Of a stretch of DNA of 32,000 bases, positions 16,384-26,800 are shown one piece after another. The first letter of the stretch is position 1; each line of letters begins with the position of its first letter. The translations under genes and the position numbers were made by a program. The notes below the pieces were generated by a model. That model was given only the letters and a program-made list of their open reading frames with translations, searched no databases and was not told the DNA's origin. The DNA is taken from assembly GCA_016933055.1 (NCBI GenBank), contig JAFGBS010000009.1, positions 1 to 32,000 of the forward strand, given 5' to 3'. This DNA is from Promethearchaeota archaeon (lineage in GTDB: Archaea > Asgardarchaeota > Lokiarchaeia > Sigyniarchaeales > Promethearchaeaceae).

Positions 16384-17646
16384 ATGGAAGAAAATATTGA
16401 AGAAACACCACAAATATTTCGGAAAAGAAACTGGAAAAAATCCTATCTCGTATCTGTGGGAAGTTTTTACCTATTCCAAGGTTTATATGCGACGGCGATT
16501 AACCTTTATAAGGACAATTTTTTAGTCAATATTGCAAATGTAGATGTAAGTTTTTTTGGAATATTTACCTTCTTATATGCAATTCCCCTGTATTTAAAAA
16601 TGTTTCCTGGATTATTGAGTGATCGGGTTCCTATCGGAAGATTTGGTAGAAGAAAGCCCTATATTCTCATAGGAACTCTTCTATACATTCCTTGTTTTTT
16701 AATTTTAATGTTTTCGAAACAAACAGATGTCACGTGGCCTTGGTTTTTTTCCCTTTTAGGTGTTCAATGGGTTTGGGTCTTGGTTGACGGGACTCTTGAT
16801 GCTCTAACAGTAGATATTACACCGGAAAACAAGAAAGGAATTATGCAGGGAGTTGCTTGGGGGTCACGGGGAATTGGAGGAGTAATTGCGAGTATAATAC
16901 TCATGATACTGGCTAGTGTTTTAGGGTGGCAAGTTACGATAGCCTTGATCGGATTATTTGCAGTAATTCAAGCATTTTCTGGTTTATTTTTGAAAGAACC
17001 CCCAATTAGGCGCGAAAATCTACCCCCTCTCAAAAAAGTATTTAAACAAACTTTTTTCAATCGACAAGTATTGTTCGGATTTATCTTTTCACTGATTGCG
17101 AGTGTCACCACTGCATCATTTTTGTTTTTCGTACCCGTGTTTTCGGGCATTGGAGGTGTAGTGGGATTGAATTTGGGACTAATTTATGCTGTCGGTATGG
17201 CGGGTTCTTTTTTGGGAGCAGTTGTATTTGGGAAAATTAGCGACAATATCGGAGCAAAAAAAACATTCATCATCACTGCTATATCCTTTTGGATAGGTGT
17301 TGCATTATGGATACCCATTCGACCAGGTATTTCGCTTATATATCTATTTATTATCGCTCTTATTTATGGGATTAACATTGGAGGATTCATGGCTTCCAGT
17401 AATCGTATAGCAATGGAACTTTCAGATGTGGTATTCATGAAAAATGGTGAACCTGGGATCGAAGGTTTCATGTTCTCTACATTTTCTGCCGTTCAAAATT
17501 TTGGAACGCAAGGACTCGGACCACTAATAGTTAGTGCGGTTTCAATATATCTAAATTTGCCTTATGCATTTTTTGTATTGATTCCGTTTACTCTGGTAGC
17601 TATTTTATTATTGAAGTTCGTAAAGCCTTGGATTCCTAAACAATGA
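16384..17646 (+). CDS. MFS transporter (AmpG/BT1-like)
   Basis: About 12 hydrophobic segments; GLLSDRVPIGRFGRRKPY and GKISDNIG motifs. Confidence 0.9.
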   Translation: MEENIEETPQIFRKRNWKKSYLVSVGSFYLFQGLYATAINLYKDNFLVNIANVDVSFFGIFTFLYAIPLYLKMFPGLLSDRVPIGRFGRRKPYILIGTLLYIPCFLILMFSKQTDVTWPWFFSLLGVQWVWVLVDGTLDALTVDITPENKKGIMQGVAWGSRGIGGVIASIILMILASVLGWQVTIALIGLFAVIQAFSGLFLKEPPIRRENLPPLKKVFKQTFFNRQVLFGFIFSLIASVTTASFLFFVPVFSGIGGVVGLNLGLIYAVGMAGSFLGAVVFGKISDNIGAKKTFIITAISFWIGVALWIPIRPGISLIYLFIIALIYGINIGGFMASSNRIAMELSDVVFMKNGEPGIEGFMFSTFSAVQNFGTQGLGPLIVSAVSIYLNLPYAFFVLIPFTLVAILLLKFVKPWIPKQ

Positions 17647-17655
17647 TTTTTTTTT
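17647..17655 (+). terminator. Oligo-T tract, candidate terminator
   Basis: T9 immediately after the MFS stop. Confidence 0.5.
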
Positions 17656-17695
17656 CTTTACTTTAAAAAACATAAGATTTGATTTCCAAAGGATG

Positions 17696-18385
17696 TTAGC
17701 TGTCTTTTTTTAAAAAAGCACTAAAGGAATCATACCTAAAAAAATTATTTTCCTCCCTATATTCCACACAAAATTGTTGAGATATGGGATTTTCGGTACC
17801 AAATTTTTCACAAATCCAGTTTTCCTCATACCAAACGTAATCTTTATTTTCTAGTGCATAAGGGAGTTGTTTTTCCACTTCATTAAGAAATTTCTTAAAT
17901 TCCATTGGATTCATGTCAAGAATCTGTTGAGGTTCCTCTGAGTCCAAATTTATTTAGGGTTTTGCTTCTAAATAAGTATAATCTTGGAAAATTTTATCGG
18001 GAATCGGAATTCCTATAATAATGCAAGATGGGACTGCAAAAAGATCACCCAATCCTGCACCACTTAATGCAGATCCCGCAATGTATATTATATCTGATTT
18101 CCGTGCAAATTGTTCTGCTTCAATTTGAGAGACATAAATCGCATTCGTTAAATCTACTTTATTTCCAATCATCAATACCGGAATATTCCCTGCGTTACTT
18201 TTAATCTCCTTAAGCCACCTATGCCCATGATTGAAACTTTCCCGATTAGTCAAATCGAACATCAAAATTTCACCCACTACTCCCCGAAAGTATAGAGGAC
18301 GGACATTTTGGAATCACTCTAGAGCTCCTATTTCCCAAATTTGGACTTTTACTTTAACTTACTTTTCTGTTTTCTTGGTTACCAT
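17696..18385 (-). pseudogene. Decayed Rab-like small GTPase fused to a degenerate zinc ribbon
   Basis: One frame: MVTKKTEK*VKVKVQIWEIGALE*FQNVRPLYFRGVVGEILMFDLTNRESF...GNKVD...AGSALSG...EAKP*INLDSEE...WICEKFGTENPISQQFCVEY. Internal stops at 18361-18359, 18316-18314 and 17956-17954; G1 P-loop absent. Covers track ORFs 17954..18277 and 17696..17947. Confidence 0.8.
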
Positions 18386-19296
18386 TTATTAAAATTATGG
18401 TCTAATTTTCCAACTCCATTAACTGGTATAGCTTGCCCATCTTTTGAAATAGTTCCCTTTACTTCTACCAAGATTTCTTGATAATCGATGTTTACTATTG
18501 GCCAGATTTTCTTGCGTGTGAAATGTACATAATGAGGTACACATATAAGATCGATTCCCGGACCTTTTACAGTAAATGGTTCATTCGATGTATCAGGATG
18601 GTAACTATAATGAACTTGCCCGGGTAAATAAAATCCGGCGTCATTGTGCCAAAAATAATTGTATGCATGTGGGATTCCTGCATCGTAACGACAATCCATA
18701 ACAATTCCGGTAACGTTTTCAGACCAGAAATGCAACCAATTTGTTGTTGAATGACCCGGTTGAACGCCCCAATTATGTTCGCAATATCCATATCCATCTA
18801 TAATAAATTCGGATTTAGAATCGGTTTTAATTTTGATTTTTCCTTGCATTTCATTGCGTATGAACTGAGTTACCCAATAATTGATATGTTTTGTATATAA
18901 TCGGTTTATGTGTTGAGGAATTTTAGGGTTTTGAGAAATTTCTGCATATATATCTTTGGTGTTTATTTTAACTGTCCAACCCTCATTTCCTGATCCTTTG
19001 AAATGAAAGGATCCCCATTCACCTTTTGCAGAAATGTCCATTAAATTTCCTCGTTTTGCCTTAACTGGTGTCATTTTATCCACAGCCCAACGTTCTCCTG
19101 AGCTGTAATTGACAGCAGTCAAAGAAATATAATCTGTAGGTCGCATCTTCATTGCATTAAATATATAATAGATCTTCTTATTTGGGTCCAATCCTTCAAA
19201 GTACCACCATTGTTTTTGACGTCTTCTTGCTCCTAGACCGTGTTTTTTCCATGGAACGGTTCGAAATCCTTCAGATTGTTCAACAAAATTTTCCAT
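18379..19296 (-). CDS. AttH/tocopherol-cyclase/CrtC-like double lipocalin-fold protein
   Basis: QWWYFEG near the N-terminus, GYGYCEHNWG, WLHFW; beta-rich and aromatic-rich. Confidence 0.6.
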   Translation of the reverse strand: MENFVEQSEGFRTVPWKKHGLGARRRQKQWWYFEGLDPNKKIYYIFNAMKMRPTDYISLTAVNYSSGERWAVDKMTPVKAKRGNLMDISAKGEWGSFHFKGSGNEGWTVKINTKDIYAEISQNPKIPQHINRLYTKHINYWVTQFIRNEMQGKIKIKTDSKSEFIIDGYGYCEHNWGVQPGHSTTNWLHFWSENVTGIVMDCRYDAGIPHAYNYFWHNDAGFYLPGQVHYSYHPDTSNEPFTVKGPGIDLICVPHYVHFTRKKIWPIVNIDYQEILVEVKGTISKDGQAIPVNGVGKLDHNFNKW

Positions 19297-19439
19297 GCTT
19301 AGATATTAGATCCATGGTGTCTTAAATTATACTGAGAATCAACTCTGAACCATGGAGAATCGATCTTAAGGGAAAATCGATCGTCGACTTGCGATGTATC
19401 CTATCCCCGCAGCAGATATTAAAGAAAAAAAGATCGAGG

Positions 19440-20906
19440 TTACATACCCATTTCTTTGAGTATGCGTTTATTTTCTGCTACTTTTTCTGGTTTAAGTCTA
19501 TAGAGAATCCAAAACAAGATTATTGTGATCAATATAAAACCTGCTGGAATCAGAGAAGAGTGCAAGCGGATTCCGAGAAGAGCAATATCAAAATCCATAA
19601 TATTTCCAGTAACCCCAGTAGTCTGCCAAAATAGTTCAGATCTGCTCTCCGATGCAACATATCCAGTTAGGATATGCACTACTGTAAAAATTAACGCCTG
19701 AAAAGTGCCTCCAAATCGAATTATGAATGTTTGAAAACCATAATAATTGGAATAATCTCGTCTTTTTGTTTTCACGGTTACTTCATCCAATACATCTGCC
19801 AGAGTCGGTGGATCAATAAACCACTGACCTCCAAGAGCGACCCCAAATATACAGACGGATGCAATCCAATGCCACAATTCTGTTGAGAAAAACATCGGAA
19901 AATATGACACAAACATGATAATTCCTGCTGCAAGACTCATATTCTTATTATTATTCACTTTATTCGAAATAATTGTCCAGATAGGGATGGATACTATTGC
20001 TGCAACTAACATGCCAGCTAACATTAATGTCGAAAAATTCAGGGGTAAATCCAATAGAAACGTGATAATATAAAACGTACTGGCCTGTAATGTTAAAGCT
20101 GAGACTTGATATCCAAAATGAAAAATAATTTTCCCTACAAAATTCCTATTTGAGAAAACTTCACCAACCATTTTAAAAAATGATCGTTGTTGCCGGGTAT
20201 AATTTTCCTCTATATGTTTGTATCGAGATCGGAGGTGCTTATCTTCAAAAATTCCAGGGATAATAAAGAGAAACAGAATGAATCCAATTCCGACGCTGAT
20301 AAATGCCGCAGATCGAAAGGAACCTGCATTATCATTTGACACAAACATCGGTGGTACGATTCCTGCAGCGACAATTCCAATGATTCCGAGAATAGTACCC
20401 CACATTTGAGCAATCCTTCGTTCATTTGAACCACGGAACTTATCTGGGTAAAGTGCCATAACATTCACTTCATAAAGTGTTAGAGTGGTGTCATAGATAA
20501 ACAAGCTCAAAACATACCACGTAAAAATGTACCATTGCTCCACATTATCTGCCGGATTCCAATCTAACGGTACTAAGAAAATTAATAGGTATGACGCAAG
20601 CCAGAGAGGACCCCCAATTATCATAGGAATAAATCTTCGAAAGCCCCATTTCTTCTGTCCTGGAAGAACTTTCGCATTTTCCATCACATACCCCATTAAA
20701 GGGTCATTCACAGCATTCCAAATGGTATACGCTATAAATGCCGTCCCTGCTAAAAATGGGTCCAATCCAATCACATTTTCATAAAAAAAATACACCATAA
20801 ATCCGAATGCTCCACTAATCCATTGACCAAAAAGCTCTCGGGAGCCATAGGATGCCATAATTCCCCATGAGTATTTATGAGAGTCTTTTGTTTTTGTCGT
20901 TTCCAT
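19440..20906 (-). CDS. GPH-family (MelB-like, MFS_2) transporter
   Basis: IWNAVNDPLMGY, GFRRFIP, ALYPD...ERR, LADVLDE...RRD, plus about 12 TM segments. Confidence 0.9.
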   Translation of the reverse strand: METTKTKDSHKYSWGIMASYGSRELFGQWISGAFGFMVYFFYENVIGLDPFLAGTAFIAYTIWNAVNDPLMGYVMENAKVLPGQKKWGFRRFIPMIIGGPLWLASYLLIFLVPLDWNPADNVEQWYIFTWYVLSLFIYDTTLTLYEVNVMALYPDKFRGSNERRIAQMWGTILGIIGIVAAGIVPPMFVSNDNAGSFRSAAFISVGIGFILFLFIIPGIFEDKHLRSRYKHIEENYTRQQRSFFKMVGEVFSNRNFVGKIIFHFGYQVSALTLQASTFYIITFLLDLPLNFSTLMLAGMLVAAIVSIPIWTIISNKVNNNKNMSLAAGIIMFVSYFPMFFSTELWHWIASVCIFGVALGGQWFIDPPTLADVLDEVTVKTKRRDYSNYYGFQTFIIRFGGTFQALIFTVVHILTGYVASESRSELFWQTTGVTGNIMDFDIALLGIRLHSSLIPAGFILITIILFWILYRLKPEKVAENKRILKEMGM

Positions 20907-21452
20907 GTCATCAGCTCGAATCTTGTGTAAAATTAATTCAAATTCACCTTAGGAATTTATAAAATTATAGAAGATTGTAATTTCAGAAAAAGGGTGTTTT
21001 GGTATATCGCATTTGCGAACGAATAGGATGAGCTTGAATCTGGTTTAGGAAGTTTTAAACTTTCGAATTTATCCCATAGACTTATTATCTTATATCTCAT
21101 ATACCCCGGTTGTCTAATGGTTATATCCGTAGCTGCTCTCCCTTACTCAAATTTCATAACTCCCATTAAAAATGCATCTACCAACATTTAAATGGAAAAA
21201 TCATCGAGAAATCGAATTTAGTTTACATGCAGCAGCAATCAGAAAAGAATCTCCAAAAATGTTATTAGTTTATTATATCTTATACGATAAATCTTCAAGT
21301 ACTCGTTTTCATCGCTTTTTGTCGAATAATTTATAGCTGGATCTCTAACAGTGAAGCAAATTTCCCTCGAATTCCCCTTTTGCTTGCGGAGAAAGATTTT
21401 AAATGGGAATCTTGCTTTTGATCTACCTTACCATAAAAAGTGGTAAATTCAC

Positions 21453-23390
21453 ATGGAAGACATAGAGATTCAGAGAGTATATGAACTCAAAACAGGTAAA
21501 TCAGCGGTAACTTCCGAGTATTTCGAATGGAAGAAAAGGTTTCAGGAAGAGGTTTGCCAGATCTGGGAGGAGAGATACTCTTTCCTTTCACATTGGAATC
21601 TCCATCTCATTGCTAGGTATGATCTTCAAGCAAGGAGACAAAAATTAATCCTAAAGGCATTCGATCCGAATAATGGGAAACTATTATCTGAAAGTGTAAT
21701 ACATTGCATTCATACAGCTATAGTGGACATACCCGCAGAGAGTATAGAAGGTCGGAAATCAGATCCGGAATTTCTAGACGAAATCTTACAACTTCGATCC
21801 TCTGAAAAAGCCCGTCCCCTTGAACTGGCTCCTAAGGATGAATTTTTCGCGTTAAAATCATGGGTTCAAGGAATTGCCGAAGCGGGATTCAATGCGATTG
21901 CGATTCAGCGAAATATTGAATCCTATGCACACCTTATGTATCCCATTTCCCAATTTTTATTTAAAGCAATGCTCGAAATTAATATCTACATAGTAATTGA
22001 TTTTATTCATTGGATTAAGAAAAAATGCATCTTTGAAGAGGGACCGCACATACCCAGTATTGCTGCGAACCTCTTGCACATAACCGAAATGCTATTCATA
22101 AACATAACCCCACGATCTTTTAAATGGGAAGAATATTCCCCTATTATTACTGAATTGATGGAATTGATATCCTATTCTCTCCAGAATCGTCTTGAGAACC
22201 AGAAATTCTTTATGAAACCCATTGCAAGAATCTTAAAATTCATTCTAAAACAAGAACAATACCAATTTGCAAATCAATTCATGCAGTGGATTTGTGAGAT
22301 CTTTGAAGTAAAAAACTTGACTGAAGTAGAGCCGTTGATGGAGTTTATCGCTCCCTTGTTAGATACTTTCTCAGCCCATTATTGGGTATTACAGAAATTA
22401 TATCAGTACCTTAAAGAATTCGAAGAAAATCCATCGGACGGTACGATCAATGTAATTAATGTTCCTTCCCTTGTCAATGAATTGGGAGATTTGGGGATTT
22501 CCCCAGAGGAAATATATGCTCTTTTACTAAAATACAAAAAAGAAGGTCTTCTCATCAAGTTGAGTGATATAATAAAGTCAGAAAAAGGAAAAATTGTGAT
22601 TTCCCCATCTTATCTTGCTGATTTGAAAAACAGGATTAGGATAACTAAAAGTCTGGCAGTTAGTTCGGTAAATTGCATTCCCTCCCCATCATTTTTCCTC
22701 AGACACCGTAAATTTAGTTTTCTGCTTGAAGATATTGTTAAAGACGATGAGGAGATAAAATTTTATCTGAGCCATTGTGTAACCATTCGAGGAGGCCGCT
22801 ATTTTTGCATCCTAAATTTCAACGATAATCCGGATGATATTGCATTAGATTTGTCTCATTTGCATTTAACCAGCTTAACGGAAGTTGATTGGTTCGAAGA
22901 CATTGCAGACAAGATCACCCATATAGATCTCTCGAAAAATCCTATTGATCATCTGGAAGAACTGTCCAAATGCACGAAATTAAAAGTACTGAACCTAAAA
23001 GATACATATATTCGGGATTTGGAACAAATTAGATGCATTATAGAAAATTTACACTGTTTACATACGATTATTTGTGATTATCATATACTCAAACCCATTA
23101 TTACTTTTCTTTTTGACTCTGATGAGCAAAATGTAACCGCACTCTTATCAAAGTTTCAAAATTATGGTGAGATTGAGCATCAAGAGAATACTGATAAGGA
23201 AAGCATATATAAAGAACCTAGAGAGCAATGTGAGCGCCTTTTACGTGCATTCAGTTCCAATAGCGTAAATATCCAAGATTGCGTAGAAATTCCCGCAGAA
23301 TTTACCATTGTGACGCTTATTCGAAAATATTATAGGTATCGGGATAATTATAGAGAATTTTGGACGAAAACGGGGGTTATGAGCCAGTAA
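21453..23390 (+). CDS. Leucine-rich-repeat protein with long uncharacterised N-terminal helical region
   Basis: LDLSHLHLTSL, ITHIDLSKNPIDHLEELSKCTKLKVLNLKDTYIRDL, LHCLHTIICDY. Confidence 0.78.
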   Translation: MEDIEIQRVYELKTGKSAVTSEYFEWKKRFQEEVCQIWEERYSFLSHWNLHLIARYDLQARRQKLILKAFDPNNGKLLSESVIHCIHTAIVDIPAESIEGRKSDPEFLDEILQLRSSEKARPLELAPKDEFFALKSWVQGIAEAGFNAIAIQRNIESYAHLMYPISQFLFKAMLEINIYIVIDFIHWIKKKCIFEEGPHIPSIAANLLHITEMLFINITPRSFKWEEYSPIITELMELISYSLQNRLENQKFFMKPIARILKFILKQEQYQFANQFMQWICEIFEVKNLTEVEPLMEFIAPLLDTFSAHYWVLQKLYQYLKEFEENPSDGTINVINVPSLVNELGDLGISPEEIYALLLKYKKEGLLIKLSDIIKSEKGKIVISPSYLADLKNRIRITKSLAVSSVNCIPSPSFFLRHRKFSFLLEDIVKDDEEIKFYLSHCVTIRGGRYFCILNFNDNPDDIALDLSHLHLTSLTEVDWFEDIADKITHIDLSKNPIDHLEELSKCTKLKVLNLKDTYIRDLEQIRCIIENLHCLHTIICDYHILKPIITFLFDSDEQNVTALLSKFQNYGEIEHQENTDKESIYKEPREQCERLLRAFSSNSVNIQDCVEIPAEFTIVTLIRKYYRYRDNYREFWTKTGVMSQ

Positions 23391-23812
23391 ATCGACAGTT
23401 TTTCATGCGTAACCCTCATTTTTTTATCCTACATTACATTTTCTTTTACTTTTAATACCAGTAATTAGTTTTATGCTAAATTTTGACATTTATCCCTGCA
23501 GTAGTATAGTAAGGTATAGATAATTTTGATTATTTCGTAGGAAAGCGACATTCAGCTTACTGAATACTTGTTAGACTAGATAACAATGCCTTTCCGAAAG
23601 GAGAACTCAGAACAACAATTAGTTTTGGTTTTGATAAAACCCCTAAGGTAATTTGTCCTTTATTATAAGTTCTACTTATGAGAATATTATATGCAGAAAA
23701 GAGTGGTTCTATGAAACGGCAAAAAATAACCGTCAAAACCCCTTTTATTTCTTTCTTTAGCGAGTTTTCCCGATATCAACATAACTTTCAACTCCAAATA
23801 CCTTTCAAAACC

Positions 23813-23820
23813 TTTATATA
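23813..23820 (+). promoter_or_regulatory. TATA box TTTATATA with purine-rich BRE-like sequence upstream
   Basis: caaaaccTTTATATAaa. It implies a TSS near 23845, favouring ATG 23888 over GTG 23837 as the start. Confidence 0.5.
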
Positions 23821-23887
23821 AATCTAGGATCTAATTGTGGATACCTTTTTGAAGGAAATTACAGTTAGAAAAAAAGGGGTACTAAAA

Positions 23888-26800
23888 ATGAGAAAATTAC
23901 AGAAAACCAAACTAATTTTACTTCTAATTTTTGTGCTTTTAATTCCCAATTTTTTGATAATACCGTCAAAAAATAACTCCCTTCTTTCTGATGAAAACAA
24001 TTTCATAATTTCTAATGATGGATTTGGTACATCTGACATGCTACCGGATTTTAACACAGCCGTAAAAGTGATCGGATCGGGTACTCAACATGATCCTACT
24101 GAATTTGACTATACCTATATACAATCTGACGATGGATTGGTGGATGATACAATGTTTTCTCCCGGATGGGGAGATACTCTTTTACGTGATGTAGCAGATT
24201 ATGGTGTAGTGGATTACACTGGGGCATTTGGAAGTACGGATGCAGGATTATGGCATTTTACGGATGCGTATCGAAATAATGATGGAAAATATCTCTATCT
24301 AGATAGTACATGGGGTAATGATTATCCCGGATGGATTTTCATGAAATGGGGGGCTTATGGAAACATTCCTACAGATGCCCACCCACACGTGAATCAAATT
24401 CGAATATCCTATGAAGTATGGGGAGACTCTGCCCTTGGTGTATTAGATCAATCAACTAATCTACGAATATACGCATTTGATGATTTAGGTAATTCTCAGT
24501 GGTATACAATCGCTTCCAATCCCCAACATCGAGTACATTATGAGGGTACATTCACTCTTACTTCTGGAACTGTATTTAATCGTGTACGAGCCGGAGGGTA
24601 TGTCAAACATCTTGCAGTATATATGTACAGTAATGAAGAACTCTGGACTCACACCTGGATAAATGTAGATTACGTTAAGATTTATTATGACTTTGACAAG
24701 CCAGATGTGAATTTTGCCTATTATTTTGATTTCAGCGGTTACGGTCTCACTACGGTTACACAATTTCAGTTAGAATTCGAAGTGACCGAATTAGTCCCAG
24801 GTACAAATGTGTATTTGTATGATTATACCACTTCTAGTTGGGACTTGGTAATGACTATCAATTCAGCGGGTACATATGCAAAGAATATAACCATTGACGC
24901 AGATCACTATTTTAGCGGAACAAAAGTATTTGTAATTGATTTCTCCCGATTTAATTATTATGATGGAAGACCCTACACTCAATATCATATTAAAATCGAT
25001 TATGTGACCGTAAAACTTCCCCCTCCTGATCCTCCTGCAAACTTACATTTAACTCAAGATATCCTCCAAATCCGACTTGATTGGGATCCTCCCAATTCCT
25101 ATGGAGCGTTAATCACCCATTACAATATATATCGTGGAACCATAGCGGGGGGGTCAAAAACTCTTATTGATACAACACCATTAACTGCTTACAATGATAC
25201 TACGGGTACTGTAGGAGTTGAATATTACTATATGGTAACAGCAGAAAGTGTAGAGGGGGAAAGTGAGAATTCAACTGAAGTGTCGGGAAAATCCTTTGAT
25301 CAACCCTTCGTTAGATGGACCAGTCCCGAAGACTATGCTTCGGTGGTTTTTGCCAAAGGGGAACCCGTCACCTTCTCTTTTGACTATGATTGGGGTAATC
25401 TTCAAGATGTTGAATTGATCATAGAAAAAGGTGTTTTTAGCGTCAATCATGGAAGCGTATGGAATAAAACTTCCATTGATATCTATGAAATCAACTATCT
25501 TGATGGAAGTGTAACGTGCACGTTAAATGGATATAACAACAGTATTTTGGTTTCCTCTGATGTTAGGGAATTCACTTTTGTCAAAATTGTGATTGAAGTA
25601 GGGGAACTCATAAATTCTAGCACAGAAATTCTGGGAAAACAGTTGTACATGATTCTTCATGATCCCCACGGGGATAATAGTTATTCGTTTTTTGAACAAT
25701 CAACTCAATTATCTTTAGGAGTTGGAATGGAACTTATTACTGCCGTAGGAGTAAACATCGAGGTGGGTGAGACTTTTGAACTTTTTGGAGTTGAAACAGG
25801 AGCATCCTTGGCATTAAGCTTTAAGACCACAATGGAGACGGGGTATGACTTCCGGTATGAAATTACCGATACCACGTCTTTGACATCAAGCCAGGTGACA
25901 GATAATCCCGATTATATAGGACCCGGATACGGAGATCGATATTGGGGTGAGAGTTGGATACTTAAATGGGTTTTAAATGCAACATATAGAGTATATTCGA
26001 ATGGAACTGATCGATATGAGGATCCGAAGTACTACTGGGGGATTATTCGGGACGTTGATACATTTTGTAGTCATGAACATGCACCTGAAGCATGGCGGGA
26101 GCAAAATCCTGTATATAATCACACACTCCCGGTACATTGGTTGGGGACCGAGCAAAGAAGTGGTGGAGCACCTTTCAACTTTGAGCATGAGGTGACATCT
26201 ACCGTTGCAAGGAAACAATCTTTAAGTATTGATGTCGGGACTGATTTCCAGACAAAATTCCCCGGAGTAGAAACATCCTTTACATTTGAATTCAGTATGA
26301 AAAGTTATGTAGAAGCAGGGGCATCTAGCACGTTTACAGTGGGATATTCACTTTATGATGATGATCCAACTGATTTCATTGTTCATGGAGTAGGAATTGA
26401 TAAAAGATTCGGGACGTATATTTTTAATTCCTCCGAATTCATGTGTGAGACCTCAGGTCCCTATGAATATCACACGTTCGATTACCTCCCTCCCGAAATT
26501 ATGCTTCCCGAAATTGAATTAGATCCAGATGGAGATGGTATTAGTCCGAGTCCTGACGATTCACCTATAGTAAATGTAAGAATCTTTGAAGAGGATGAAT
26601 TACAAGAGGTTATTATCAAATATTCTATTAACAATGGCACCGATTGGAGTATAGCGTACATGTCGGAACTCCCCGGAGACCCTGGTACATGGGAAGGGAT
26701 GATTCCCTCTCAAGCTGCGAACACCACCGTTCTTTGGTTTATACAAGCATGGGATATGCAAGGTCATAATGCTACACGATATAACTCATATCTTGAACCG

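Noticed and set aside
12151-18316. TGA recoding (alternative code or selenocysteine) to explain in-frame TGAs in hef and the GTPase remnant
   Set aside because: The two TGAs replace different expected residues (Leu and Arg), neither is a Cys position, the GTPase also has TAA stops, and TGA terminates normal genes here (e.g. 8127, 10455, 17646).
21428-21446. TTACCA-N7-TGGTAA inverted repeat before the LRR gene
   Set aside because: A single 6-bp AT-rich repeat is expected by chance, and there is no adjacent regulator.
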